Below are positions 10,601 through 19,762 of a stretch of DNA of 64,000 bases, in pieces. Source of the stretch: an uncultured Alphaproteobacteria bacterium. Lineage in GTDB: Bacteria; Pseudomonadota; Alphaproteobacteria; Rhizobiales; Kaistiaceae. Position 1 is the first letter of the stretch; every line of letters starts with the position of its first letter. Location: the NCBI GenBank assembly GCA_963749755.1, contig CAVVOK010000010.1:101301-165300 (forward strand). The letters are read 5' to 3'. The translations under genes and the position numbers were made by a program. The notes beneath the pieces are model-generated. The model searched no databases. It saw only the letters and a program-made list of their open reading frames with translations, and was not told the DNA's origin.

Positions 10601-11120
10601 GCGACGCCGCCAGGTCCTCCCGGCCGGCGGCAATCGCCCGATCGACTGGCCCGCCAGGCCCGCCCGTCAACACCACCAATCCATCGGCGCACGCCGCGAT
10701 GCGGCCGATCGCACGATGCGGCCGGTTAGCCGCGTCCATTTCCAGATACGACTCCGACACCAGCCGGACGAGGTTCCAGTAGCCGGTTTCGCCGAGGGCG
10801 ATCAGGACGACGTCCGCAAGGTCTTTCTGGCCGGGTGCGCCGAAACGGTTGTCGCCACCGTGATCGCCGAAATCGACGGCCAACTGGCAGCCAATAATGG
10901 GCTGCACGCCCTTCGCCACCATCGCTTCGGCGAATTCCAGCGCGCCGAACAGATTGCCCGTGTCGGCGATCCCCAATGCCGGCATGCGGTCGGCGACGGC
11001 TAGGTCCGCCAGCCGCTTGATCGGCAGCGCCCCCTCGAGCAGCGAGTATGCGGAGTGGACCCTGAGGTGGACGAACCCGACCTCGTTCGAAACCCAACTC
11101 ATCGCACCCCTCTCGGCCAA
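7644..11120 (-). CDS. dnaE: DNA polymerase III alpha subunit
   Basis: A 1158-aa uninterrupted ORF with an N-terminal PHP domain ([16 protein letters not shown]) and the polymerase core ([34 protein letters not shown]). Confidence 0.96.
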   Translation of the reverse strand: [1158 protein letters not shown]

Positions 11121-11193
11121 TCGGCGGCACTGTCAGGCACCGAGGCGGGCAAGTCCACGCGCGGCGGGACGTCGTCCACGGTTTGCCCCTGCA

Positions 11194-11292
11194 TCAGGCC
11201 AGGATGCGCACCACGTCCGACCACATGGCGATCATCGCGACGAAGGCGCCGAGTGCTGCCAACGCCGCAGCATCGCGAAATAGAACCGGCAT
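11194..11292 (-). CDS. candidate 32-aa hydrophobic small protein upstream of dnaE
   Basis: My own translation gives MPVLFRDAAALAALGAFVAMIAMWSDVVRILA. GGGGAGG sits 6 nt upstream of the ATG, and the codons are mostly GC3-rich. It is too short for the ORF track. No family was recognised. Confidence 0.3.
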   Translation of the reverse strand: MPVLFRDAAALAALGAFVAMIAMWSDVVRILA

Positions 11293-11397
11293 GAGGTGCC
11301 TCCCCTGTACTCCACAACGCGGGCAGTATGTTCTTGTTTTGTTCTCTTGTCAACACGCACTCAATATCGCGGTGGCTTAAGCGCTTTCGCGCCCGAA

Positions 11398-12156
11398 CTA
11401 ACCCGCCGCTTCGCCGCGATCGCGCACGATCGTCGGTCGCGTCACTGGCGGGCTTAACTCCACAATCTTCCCCTCGCTGATCGTGATGCGCCGGTCCATC
11501 CGTGCGGCGAGTTCATGATTGTGGGTCGCGATGACGACGGCGAGTTTGGACGCGCGCACCAACCGGATCAGCCCATCGAACACATGGCCCGAGGTGTGCG
11601 GGTCGAGATTGCCGGTCGGTTCGTCGGCGAGGAGCAGCCGCGGCGCGTTCGCCACGGCCCGAGCGATCGCCACCCGCTGCTGCTCGCCGCCGGAGAGCTC
11701 CGCCGGCCGGTGCGTGGCGCGCTCCGCGACGCGCATATAGGCGAGAAGCTGACGGGAGCGCCGCGCCGCCTCGCCGCGCTCGATGCCGCGGATAAGCTGC
11801 GGCAGCATGACGTTCTCCAGCGCCGTGAATTCCGGCAGCAGGTGGTGGAACTGGTACACGAACCCGATCTGCACACGCCGGATCGCCGTGCGGTCTAGGT
11901 CGCCGAGCTTGCCGGTCGGCCGGCCGGCAATGACCACCTCGCCGGAATCGGGGCGTTCCAGCAGGCCCGCCATGTGCAGCAGCGTTGACTTGCCGGCGCC
12001 GGAGGGCGCCACCAGCGCCACCATCTCCCCCGGGAAGATTTCCAGGTCCGTGTCGTCGAGCACCACCAGCTCGCCTTCGGCGTCGTGGTAACGGCGCGAA
12101 ACGCCCTCCAGCCGGAGGATCGGCCGCCGCGCGCGATCTGTGCGATCGGAGCTCAT
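11398..12156 (-). CDS. lolD: lipoprotein-releasing system ATP-binding protein
   Basis: This is the C-terminal 252 aa of ORF 11398..12639. It carries Walker [21 protein letters not shown] and Walker [13 protein letters not shown]. The ATG at 12156 overlaps the lolC stop (ATGA). Confidence 0.88.
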   Translation of the reverse strand: MSSDRTDRARRPILRLEGVSRRYHDAEGELVVLDDTDLEIFPGEMVALVAPSGAGKSTLLHMAGLLERPDSGEVVIAGRPTGKLGDLDRTAIRRVQIGFVYQFHHLLPEFTALENVMLPQLIRGIERGEAARRSRQLLAYMRVAERATHRPAELSGGEQQRVAIARAVANAPRLLLADEPTGNLDPHTSGHVFDGLIRLVRASKLAVVIATHNHELAARMDRRITISEGKIVELSPPVTRPTIVRDRGEAAG

Positions 12157-13421
12157 TCGTAGCGCAGTGCGTCGACCGGATCGAGGCGGGCCGCCCGCCA
12201 GGCCGGGTAGAGGGTGGCAAGGAACGACAGGATCAGCGCCATCAGGATCACGGAGGTCGTCTCGCCGAAGTCCATCTCGGCCGGCAGCTGGCTCAGGAAA
12301 TAGAGTTCGGGCGAGAACAACTCGGTGCGCGTGAGCTCCGAGATGAACTGGCGGATCGGCTCGATGTTCAGATTCACGACCACGCCGAGCGCGAAGCCGG
12401 CGAGCGTCCCTATGGTGCCGATCGATGCGCCGGTGATGAAGAAGACGCGCATGATCGCACCGCGCGTCGCCCCCATCGTCCTTAGGATGGCGATGTCGTG
12501 ACCCTTGTCCTTCACCAGCATGGTGAGGCCGGAAATGATGTTGAGCGCGGCCACCAGCACGATCAGCGCGAGGATGATGAACATCACGTTCCGCTCGACC
12601 TCGAGAGCCGAGAAGAAGGTCACGTTGCGCTGGCGCCAATCGACCAGCACCGCCTGCCGGTCGGCGGCCTTCTCGATCGCCGGTCGGAGCGCGCCGACGT
12701 CGTCGGCGTTGTTCAGGTAGATCTCGACCGCGCTCGCCTGCTCGCCCATGTTGAAATAGACCTGAGCGTCGGCGAACGGCATGATCACGAACGTGGAGTC
12801 GTACTCCGACATCCCGATCTCGAAGATCGCCACCACCGGGTAGGCCTTCACCCGTGGCGTCACGCCGAACGGCGTCACGCTTCCGCGCGGCGAGACCAGC
12901 GTGATGTTCGACCCGATGGTGAGGCCGAGGTCGGAGGCAAGCCGTGTCCCGACCGCCACCCCGCCCGATTGATCGAAACCGGCGAGCGTGCCGAGCCGCA
13001 CGTTGTCGTAGATGCCGGTGACCTTCGGCAGGTCGGACTCGCGGATCCCGCGCACCAGCACGCCGCCGGACGAATTGGCGCCGCTGGCGAGCGCCTGGCC
13101 TTCCACCAGCGGGACCGCCGACTTGACGCCCGGCACCAGCGAGATGCGATCTGCCACCGGGCCGTAGTCCGTGAGCTTGGTGTCGACCGGCTGCATGATC
13201 AGGTGGCCGTTGAGGCCGAGAATCTTATCGATGAGCTGCGCGCGGAAGCCGTTCATCACCGCCATGACGATGATGAGCGTCGCGACGCCGAGCGTGATCC
13301 CAGTGAACGAGAAGCCGGCGATGACGGAGATGAAGGCCTCGCGACGGCGCGAGCGAAGGTAGCGCCCCGCGATCATCCATTCGAAACGGGCGAACGGCCG
13401 TGTCCCGATCGGCGCTGCCAT
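12153..13421 (-). CDS. lolC: lipoprotein-releasing system permease (LolC/LolE family)
   Basis: A 422-aa ORF with MacB-like periplasmic domain and FtsX topology (..[22 protein letters not shown].., C-terminal FtsX TM bundle). It lies directly upstream of lolD. Confidence 0.88.
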   Translation of the reverse strand: MAAPIGTRPFARFEWMIAGRYLRSRRREAFISVIAGFSFTGITLGVATLIIVMAVMNGFRAQLIDKILGLNGHLIMQPVDTKLTDYGPVADRISLVPGVKSAVPLVEGQALASGANSSGGVLVRGIRESDLPKVTGIYDNVRLGTLAGFDQSGGVAVGTRLASDLGLTIGSNITLVSPRGSVTPFGVTPRVKAYPVVAIFEIGMSEYDSTFVIMPFADAQVYFNMGEQASAVEIYLNNADDVGALRPAIEKAADRQAVLVDWRQRNVTFFSALEVERNVMFIILALIVLVAALNIISGLTMLVKDKGHDIAILRTMGATRGAIMRVFFITGASIGTIGTLAGFALGVVVNLNIEPIRQFISELTRTELFSPELYFLSQLPAEMDFGETTSVILMALILSFLATLYPAWRAARLDPVDALRYE

Positions 13422-13445
13422 GGCCCTTTTTGTTCCCTCCCCGCC

Positions 13446-14765
13446 TCAGCGGCCCAGCCGCGCGAGCACGCCGTCGAGGCCCAGTGTCTCGCGCTCGCCG
13501 GTCGCCCGGCGCTTGATTTCGACCTCGCCGCGCTCCAGCCCCTTCGGGCCGACGATCACCTGCCAGGGCAGCCCGATCAGGTCCATCGTGGCGAACTTCG
13601 CTCCCGCACGCTGGTCCAGATCGTCGTAAAGCACTGAAATTCCGGCATTGTTGAGACGCTCGTAGAGCGTGTCGGCGGCCGCATCGACCGTCTTGTCGCC
13701 GGCCTTCAGGTTGATCAGGCCCACCTCGAACGGCGCCACGCTATCCGGCCAGACGATACCCGAGTCGTCGTGGCTCGCCTCGATTATTGCGCCGGCCAGC
13801 CGCGACACGCCAATGCCGTACGAGCCGCCCTGGATCGGCCGCTCGATGCCGTCGGGGCCGGAGACCATCGTCTTCATCGGCAGCGAGTACTTCGTCCCGA
13901 AATAGAAGATCTGACCGACCTCGATGCCGCGCGTGTTGAGCTGCCGCTCGGCCGGCACCTCCCGCTCGAAGCGCTCCACCTCATGCACGTCCTCGGTGGA
14001 GGCGTAGAACGACGTCCACGGCTCGATCAGCGGTCTCAGGTCGCCGTCATAGTCCACGTCCTCGCCCGGCACCTGCAATTCGAGGATATTGCTGTCGCAA
14101 TAGACGCCGGATTCGCCGGTATCGGCGAGCACCAGGAACTCGTGGCTGAGATCGCCGCCGATCGGCCCGGTTTCCGCCCGCATCGGGATCGCGGTCAGGC
14201 CCATGCGCGCGAAGGTCCGGAGATAGGCGACGAACATCTTGTCGTACGACCGCCGCGCGCCCGCTTCGTCGATGTCGAACGAGTAGGCGTCCTTCATCAG
14301 GAACTCGCGGCCGCGCATCACGCCGAACCGCGGTCGCACCTCGTCCCGGAACTTCCACTGAATGTGGTAGAGGTTGAGCGGCAGCGCGCGGTACGAACTG
14401 ACATACGCGCGGAAGATGTCGGTCACCATCTCCTCGTTGGTCGGGCCGTACAACATCTCCCGCTCGTGGCGATCGACGATGCGCAGCATTTCCTTGCCGT
14501 AATCGTCGTACCGCTGGCTTTGCCGCCAAAGATCGGCCGGCTGGATCGTCGGCATCAGGATTTCGATAGCGCCGGCGCGGTCCTGCTCCTCGCGCACGAT
14601 CTGCTCAATCTTGGCGAGCACTCGCTTGCCCAGCGGCAACCAAGAATAGATGCCCGCCGCCTGCTGTCGAATCATGCCCGCGCGCAGCATGAGACGATGC
14701 GAGACGATGTCCGCCTCCTTGGGTGTCTCGCGAAGGATCGGAAGGAAGTAGCGGGATAGGCGCAT
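13446..14765 (-). CDS. proS: prolyl-tRNA synthetase (short alphaproteobacterial type)
   Basis: A 439-aa ORF starting [34 protein letters not shown], with class II motifs [25 protein letters not shown]. Confidence 0.95.
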   Translation of the reverse strand: MRLSRYFLPILRETPKEADIVSHRLMLRAGMIRQQAAGIYSWLPLGKRVLAKIEQIVREEQDRAGAIEILMPTIQPADLWRQSQRYDDYGKEMLRIVDRHEREMLYGPTNEEMVTDIFRAYVSSYRALPLNLYHIQWKFRDEVRPRFGVMRGREFLMKDAYSFDIDEAGARRSYDKMFVAYLRTFARMGLTAIPMRAETGPIGGDLSHEFLVLADTGESGVYCDSNILELQVPGEDVDYDGDLRPLIEPWTSFYASTEDVHEVERFEREVPAERQLNTRGIEVGQIFYFGTKYSLPMKTMVSGPDGIERPIQGGSYGIGVSRLAGAIIEASHDDSGIVWPDSVAPFEVGLINLKAGDKTVDAAADTLYERLNNAGISVLYDDLDQRAGAKFATMDLIGLPWQVIVGPKGLERGEVEIKRRATGERETLGLDGVLARLGR

Positions 14766-15167
14766 CGGCTAAGCTCTTCGGCGGGCGTTTGCGGCGGCAA
14801 AGTCGAGGGATACCCTTGGCGGGCGGCCGGACAAAACACAAGTCCCGACTCCGCGCCGCGCCACATCGCGACCGATCGGCTGCCACGCAGATGGCTTTGC
14901 TGTGGCGCACCCGGCGAAAAATTTGGGCGGATAGCGCACAAAATGATGACAACCGCCGCGAGTTTGGGTAGGGTTTTTTGCAATAACAGGGACGGCCCAC
15001 CGCTTCGGTCGGACGCTCCGTACAAGAAGGCATCGCGGTCTAAGTCTTGGGAGGAAGATCCCTTCGGGCGCGCCGTCTGGCTGCTGCCGCAGCACTCCGC
15101 AAATAAGGTCCAAGAGCCTATTGGGCCGAGAGTGTTGCACGAAGGGTTAAGACGCGGAACTCGATGA

Positions 15168-15194
15168 GCAAGGCCTTTCGGCCTTGCTTTTTTT
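15168..15194 (+). terminator. rho-independent terminator oriented for the plus strand
   Basis: GCAAGGCC-TTTC-GGCCTTGC (8-bp GC-rich stem, tetraloop) is followed by TTTTTTT. On the minus strand the run reads as A's before the hairpin, so the element is directional. Confidence 0.6.
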
Positions 15195-15462
15195 ATGGGC
15201 GTCCGTCGTACCAGTCGACGATCGCCGTCAGGTCGATCCCATACGCGTCCACCACCACCGCGAAGGCCCCGACAATGATCGCGGCGGCGATGGATGTTGC
15301 CACGGCGATGCGCAACAGGCGCGGCCGCACCGGTGCGCCGCGCTCGGTGCCGAGCACGACCTCGCCCTCGTCGTCCTGCGTACGCATCCCCCACGGCAGA
15401 ACGGCGAACAGGATCGTCCACCACGTGACGAAGTAGACGGCGATGATCGCGACGAGGCTCAC
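15193..15462 (-). CDS. small two-TM membrane protein (DUF1467-like)
   Basis: This is the C-terminal 89 aa of ORF 15193..15624 (VSLVAIIAVYFVTWWTILFAVLPWG..). The GTG at 15462 overlaps the mce stop (GTGA). The family assignment is from memory of conserved mce-adjacent genes. Confidence 0.6.
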   Translation of the reverse strand: MSLVAIIAVYFVTWWTILFAVLPWGMRTQDDEGEVVLGTERGAPVRPRLLRIAVATSIAAAIIVGAFAVVVDAYGIDLTAIVDWYDGRP

Positions 15463-15875
15463 GCCTGCTCCAGCTCGATGAGCGTGCCGAGGAAGTCCTT
15501 GGGGTGCACGAAGATCACCGGCTTGCCGTGCGCGCCAATCTTGGGTTTTCCGTCGCCGAGAACGCGCGCGCCCTTGGCCGCGAGATCGCGGCTGGCGGCC
15601 GCCACGTCGGCGACCTCGTAGCACACGTGGTGGATGCCCCCGAACGGGTTCCGCTCCAGGAACGCGCGGATCGGGGAGCGCTCGCCCAGCGGCGAGATGA
15701 GCTCGATCTTGGTGTTGGGGAGCTCGATGAAGACGGTGGTGACGCCGTGTTCCGGCTGATCCACGGGGTCCGACACCTTCGCGCCCAACGTCCCCCGGTA
15801 GAGCTCCGAAGCGGCGGCGAGATCGGGAACGGCGATGGCGACGTGGTTGAGACGGCCGATCATTGCGGCGGTCAT
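15459..15875 (-). CDS. mce: methylmalonyl-CoA epimerase (VOC/glyoxalase fold)
   Basis: This is the C-terminal 138 aa of the 703-aa ORF (MTAAMIGRLNHVAIAVPDL..GIHHVCYEV..IFVHPKDFLGTLIELEQ). The ATG at 15875 overlaps the rnj stop once the frameshift is corrected. An alternative ATG is at 15863. Confidence 0.88.
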   Translation of the reverse strand: MTAAMIGRLNHVAIAVPDLAAASELYRGTLGAKVSDPVDQPEHGVTTVFIELPNTKIELISPLGERSPIRAFLERNPFGGIHHVCYEVADVAAASRDLAAKGARVLGDGKPKIGAHGKPVIFVHPKDFLGTLIELEQA

Positions 15876-17570
15876 ACGACCGAGACGAACACGGTGCAAA
15901 CCGGCTTTTTGCCCCACGCCTCGTTGATCGCCGCGCGCACCGACCGAGTCACCGCCTCGCGCACCACGTCGGGGTCTCGACGTCGCCGGCGCGGGATCGA
16001 ATTCGAGCGTGCCAAGCACGGCGTCCTCGGCGGCCTCCGCGAGCGGCCGACCGCTCCCGTCCTTCAACGGGAGGCCCGTCACCGATACCTCGGGGTCGGC
16101 CGCGAGGTCGCCGTTGTCGTCGAGCACGATCGACACCGCCACGTGCCCCGAAAACGCGAGCCGCCGGCGCGCGATCACGCCGACCTCCTCGATGTCGCCG
16201 ATCAGCCGCCCGTCCTTGTAGAGGTACTCAGCGTCGATCTCATCCACCTGTTCGACCGGATCCGGTGCCAGCCGCACCATCATCCCGTCGCGGATTGTCA
16301 GCACCGTCTTGACGCCCACCTCACGGGCGAGCTCGGCGTGCGCGGCGAGATGCATAGGCTGTCCGTGGACCGGTATCGAAATGCGAGGCTTCAGCCAGCC
16401 GTACATATCGCGCATCTCGTCGCGGCGGGGATGCCCGGAGGTATGCACCAAGCCATCGCGTCCGGTGATCACGCGTACGCCGCGTGTCGTGAGGTTGTTG
16501 ATCACGCCACCGATGGCGATCTCGTTCCCAGGGATCGCGCGCGCCGAGAACACCACCGCGTCGCCGCGATCGAGGTCGATGCGCGGGTGGTCCCCGTTCG
16601 CCACGCGCGACAGAGCGGCGCGCGGCTCTCCTTGGCTGCCGCTGAGCAGCACGACCACGCGGTCGCGAGGCAGATGTTGGAATGCGTCCTCGTCCAGAAA
16701 CGGCGGCACCCCGTCGAGCAGGTTCAGTTCCTGCGCCACATCGATGACACGGCGCATGGCACGACCGGCGACGACAACATCGCGGCCCGCCTTGGCGGCC
16801 GCCAGCGCAATCGAGCGGATACGTCCGACGTTCGACGCGAACGTCGTGAATCCGATCCGCCCCTTGGCCTGCGCGACCAGCTTGCCGAGCTGGCGCGCGA
16901 CCTCGACCTCGCTGGGGCTTCGCCCTTCGCCGAGCGCGTTGGTCGAGTCGCAGATGAAGGCCAGCACGCCCTCCTCCCCGATGGCGCGCAGCCGCGCTTC
17001 GTCGGTCGGCAGGCCCACCACCGGCGTCGGGTCGAGCTTCCAATCGCCGCTGTGCACGACGGTGCCGAGCGGCGTGCGGATCGCGAGCGAATGGGATTCG
17101 GGGATCGAGTGAGCGACGTTGATGTACTCCACCTCGAACGGCCCGACCTCGATCCGGTCGCCTGCCTTCACCAGCGTGATCGGGATCGGCGATGAACCCG
17201 GCTCGCTCGCGAGCTTCGCGTAAAGCAGGTGCGCCGTGAAGGCGGTCGCGTACACCGGCACGCGCAGCCGCGGCCAGAGGTCGATCAGCGCGCCGAAGTG
17301 ATCCTCGTGCGCATGCGTGATGACGATGCCTGCGAGGTTCTTCCGTTCCTCCTCCAGATACGCAATGTCCGGGAATACGAGATCCACGCCAGGCAGGTTC
17401 GCGTGCGGAAACCCGACACCGAAATCGACCGCCATCCACGTCCGGTCGTGCGGCGACCCGTAGCCGTAGAGGGCGAGGTTCATGCCGATCTCGCCGACGC
17501 CGCCGAGGGGCAGAAACACCAGTTCCCTGTCCGCGGCCCCCACCACCGCCGCCCTACCCGGCCGCCGCAA
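15872..17570 (-). CDS. rnj: ribonuclease J, one apparent 1-nt insertion near 16000
   Basis: It carries the metallo-beta-lactamase motif ITHAHEDHFGAL and a beta-CASP core. After ..AVLGTLE the canonical C-terminus IPRRRRRDPDVVREAVTRSVRAAINEAWGKKPVCTVFVSVV-stop is in the +1 frame and ends at the TGA at 15872. Confidence 0.88.
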
Positions 17571-18312
17571 GGAACACGTCGCCGGCCGCGAAAGCCTCGC
17601 GCCCGCCGTCGCTCCGCTCGACGATCAACCGGCCAGCCTCGTCCAGCGCCTCAAAGCGGCCCTCGATGACCCGGTCGGCGAGGTTCACCCTCACCGGTTC
17701 GCCGACGCCAGCGGCGCGGGCAAGCCACGCCTCCCGCACGGCCGCGAAGCCCGCCCCGCGATCCCACGTCGCGATGCCCTCGGCGAAGCGCACCGCGAGC
17801 GCGTCGAACAGGGCGTCGGCCGCGATCCCCATTCCGCGTGCCGCGAAATCAGTCGCCGCCGGCGGGCCGGCAACATTCGGGTGACTGACGCAATTGACTC
17901 CGATCCCCACGACCGTCGCGAAGCGGCCATCCGGCAGCCGTTCGCCCTCGATCAGGATGCCCGCGACCTTGTCGCGGTCGAGCAGCAGGTCGTTCGGCCA
18001 TTTGAGGCCGAGCCGCGGCGCAACGTTCGCGCCGGCGACGTCGACCACCGCCCGATGCAGTGCTACGCCCGCCACGAACGACAGCGTTGCGGCCACGTCC
18101 GCCGACGCCGGATCGATCAACAGAAGGGAGGCCGCGAGATTGCCGCGCTCGGTGGACCAGGGCCGCCCGCGCCGCCCTCGCCCCGCGGTTTGGATCGCCG
18201 CCGTGACCCACAGGCCGCCCGCGTCGCCGCGGCGCGCGGTTACGAGTGCCTCGGCGCTGGTCGATGGCAGCGCGTCGAATGCTAGGCGTCGGTAGCCCGG
18301 CGGAAGCGCCAT
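17554..18312 (-). CDS. birA: biotin-[acetyl-CoA-carboxylase] ligase (no HTH domain)
   Basis: ORF 17554..18396 carries GRGRRGRPW and KWPNDLLL motifs. The start is taken at MALPPGYRR, 4 nt after the nuoN stop. Confidence 0.85.
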   Translation of the reverse strand: MALPPGYRRLAFDALPSTSAEALVTARRGDAGGLWVTAAIQTAGRGRRGRPWSTERGNLAASLLLIDPASADVAATLSFVAGVALHRAVVDVAGANVAPRLGLKWPNDLLLDRDKVAGILIEGERLPDGRFATVVGIGVNCVSHPNVAGPPAATDFAARGMGIAADALFDALAVRFAEGIATWDRGAGFAAVREAWLARAAGVGEPVRVNLADRVIEGRFEALDEAGRLIVERSDGGREAFAAGDVFLAAAG

Positions 18313-18316
18313 CGCC

Positions 18317-19750
18317 TCAAAAGAACGTCTTTGCGGCGAGCTCCGCGGCGCTGCCAATCTGAGAGGCGACGAAGATGAAAAGCAGCACGAACGCACCGCT
18401 GACCCCGAGGACGAGCCTCAACTCCGACGGCATCGGTTGGAAGCCGCCGACCGGCTCGTCGAAATACATGATCTTGATGATGCGCAGGTAATAGTACGCG
18501 GCCACCACACTCGAGAGAACGCCGATCACCGCAAGCGGATAGAGGCCAGCGTCGATGGCGGCGAGAAACACGTAGAACTTCGCGAAGAACCCGGCGAGCG
18601 GCGGGATACCGGCGAGCGAGAACATCAGCATCCCGAGCATGAACGCCATAACCGGGTTCGTCCGCGACAGCCCGGCGAGGTCGCCGATATCCTCCACCAG
18701 CACGTCGCCGCGCCGCATGGCGAGGATGCAGGCGAACGTGCCCAGCGTCATCGCCATGTAGATGAGCATGTAGATGATCACGCCCATCACGCCCGCCTCG
18801 TTGCCGGCGGCCAGCCCAACGAGCGCGAAGCCCACGTGGCCGATGGACGAGTAGGCCATCAGCCGCTTGATGTTGGTCTGCCCGATCGCGGCGAACGCGC
18901 CGAGCGCCATTGAGGCCACCGAGATGAACGTTATGATCTGTTGCCAGTCGGCGGTCATGGGCGCGAACGGGCCGACCATGACGCGCACGAACAGCGCCAT
19001 CGCCGCCACCTTCGGCGCCGCCGCGAAGAACGCGGTCACCGGCGTCGGCGCGCCCTCGTACACGTCCGGCGCCCACATGTGGAACGGCACCGCCGAGACC
19101 TTGAATGCGAAGCCGGCGATGAGGAACACGAGGCCGAACACCAAGCCAAGCGAGGTCTCGCCGCCCTGGAGCGCCTCCGCGATGCCGGCGAACGTCGTGT
19201 GCCCGGTGAAGCCGTAGACGAGCGACGCGCCATAGAGCAGCATCCCCGACGATAGCGCGCCAAGCACGAAGTACTTGAGGCCCGCTTCCGTCGAGCGCAC
19301 GGAGTCGCGGTTGATGGCGGCCACCACGTACAGCGACAGCGATTGCAGCTCGAGGCCGAGATAGACGGCGATCAGGTCGTTGGCCGAGATCATCATCAGC
19401 ATGCCGAGCGTGGCGATGACGATCAGCACCGGGTACTCGAACCGCTCGAACTTGTGCTCGCGCGCGTAGCCGACGGACATGACGATCGCCGTGCCGGAGC
19501 CGATCAGCGTCAGGATCTTCATCAGCCGCGCGAACGGGTCGAACACGAACGAGCCATTGAAGGTCACCACCGTCTCGTTGGGGAGCATCGCGACGATGAC
19601 GCCCGCCGCGATGATCAACAACACCGATAGCGTCGTAACAAGCGACACCGCGCGGTCGCCGCCGAATACGCCGACCATCAACAGCGCGAGCGCGCCGACG
19701 GCGAGAACGATCTCGGGCAGCGCCGGCAGGAACGCGAAATCGCTCGGCAT
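18317..19750 (-). CDS. nuoN: NADH-quinone oxidoreductase subunit N
   Basis: A 477-aa polytopic ORF, last gene of the nuo operon, antiporter-like (..[20 protein letters not shown]..). Confidence 0.93.
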   Translation of the reverse strand: MPSDFAFLPALPEIVLAVGALALLMVGVFGGDRAVSLVTTLSVLLIIAAGVIVAMLPNETVVTFNGSFVFDPFARLMKILTLIGSGTAIVMSVGYAREHKFERFEYPVLIVIATLGMLMMISANDLIAVYLGLELQSLSLYVVAAINRDSVRSTEAGLKYFVLGALSSGMLLYGASLVYGFTGHTTFAGIAEALQGGETSLGLVFGLVFLIAGFAFKVSAVPFHMWAPDVYEGAPTPVTAFFAAAPKVAAMALFVRVMVGPFAPMTADWQQIITFISVASMALGAFAAIGQTNIKRLMAYSSIGHVGFALVGLAAGNEAGVMGVIIYMLIYMAMTLGTFACILAMRRGDVLVEDIGDLAGLSRTNPVMAFMLGMLMFSLAGIPPLAGFFAKFYVFLAAIDAGLYPLAVIGVLSSVVAAYYYLRIIKIMYFDEPVGGFQPMPSELRLVLGVSGAFVLLFIFVASQIGSAAELAAKTFF

Positions 19751-19762
19751 TCAAGTCCCCCC

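Noticed and set aside
11398-12639. N-terminally extended versions of lolD (413 aa), nuoD (574 aa), nuoH (585 aa), nuoG (725 aa), nuoI (403 aa), nuoK (194 aa) and nuoC (254 aa) as listed in the ORF track
   Set aside because: The extensions overlap the upstream genes in another frame and are compositionally nonsense. Internal ATG, GTG or TTG starts give family-typical lengths and 1- or 4-nt overlaps (ATGA/GTGA) or short spacers with an RBS.
14943-15167. A 74-aa plus-strand ORF ending just before the orphan terminator, considered as a protein-coding gene
   Set aside because: There is no convincing RBS. The ORF has many A/T-ending and rare codons in a genome with strong GC3 bias, and no recognisable motif. 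It is kept only as an alternative in the sRNA finding.
15459-17570. A genuine bifunctional RNase J/methylmalonyl-CoA epimerase, or programmed frameshifting
   Set aside because: The alternative frame encodes a complete canonical RNase J tail ending in a stop that overlaps the mce ATG. There is no slippery heptamer or downstream structure at the junction. A one-base error explains it.
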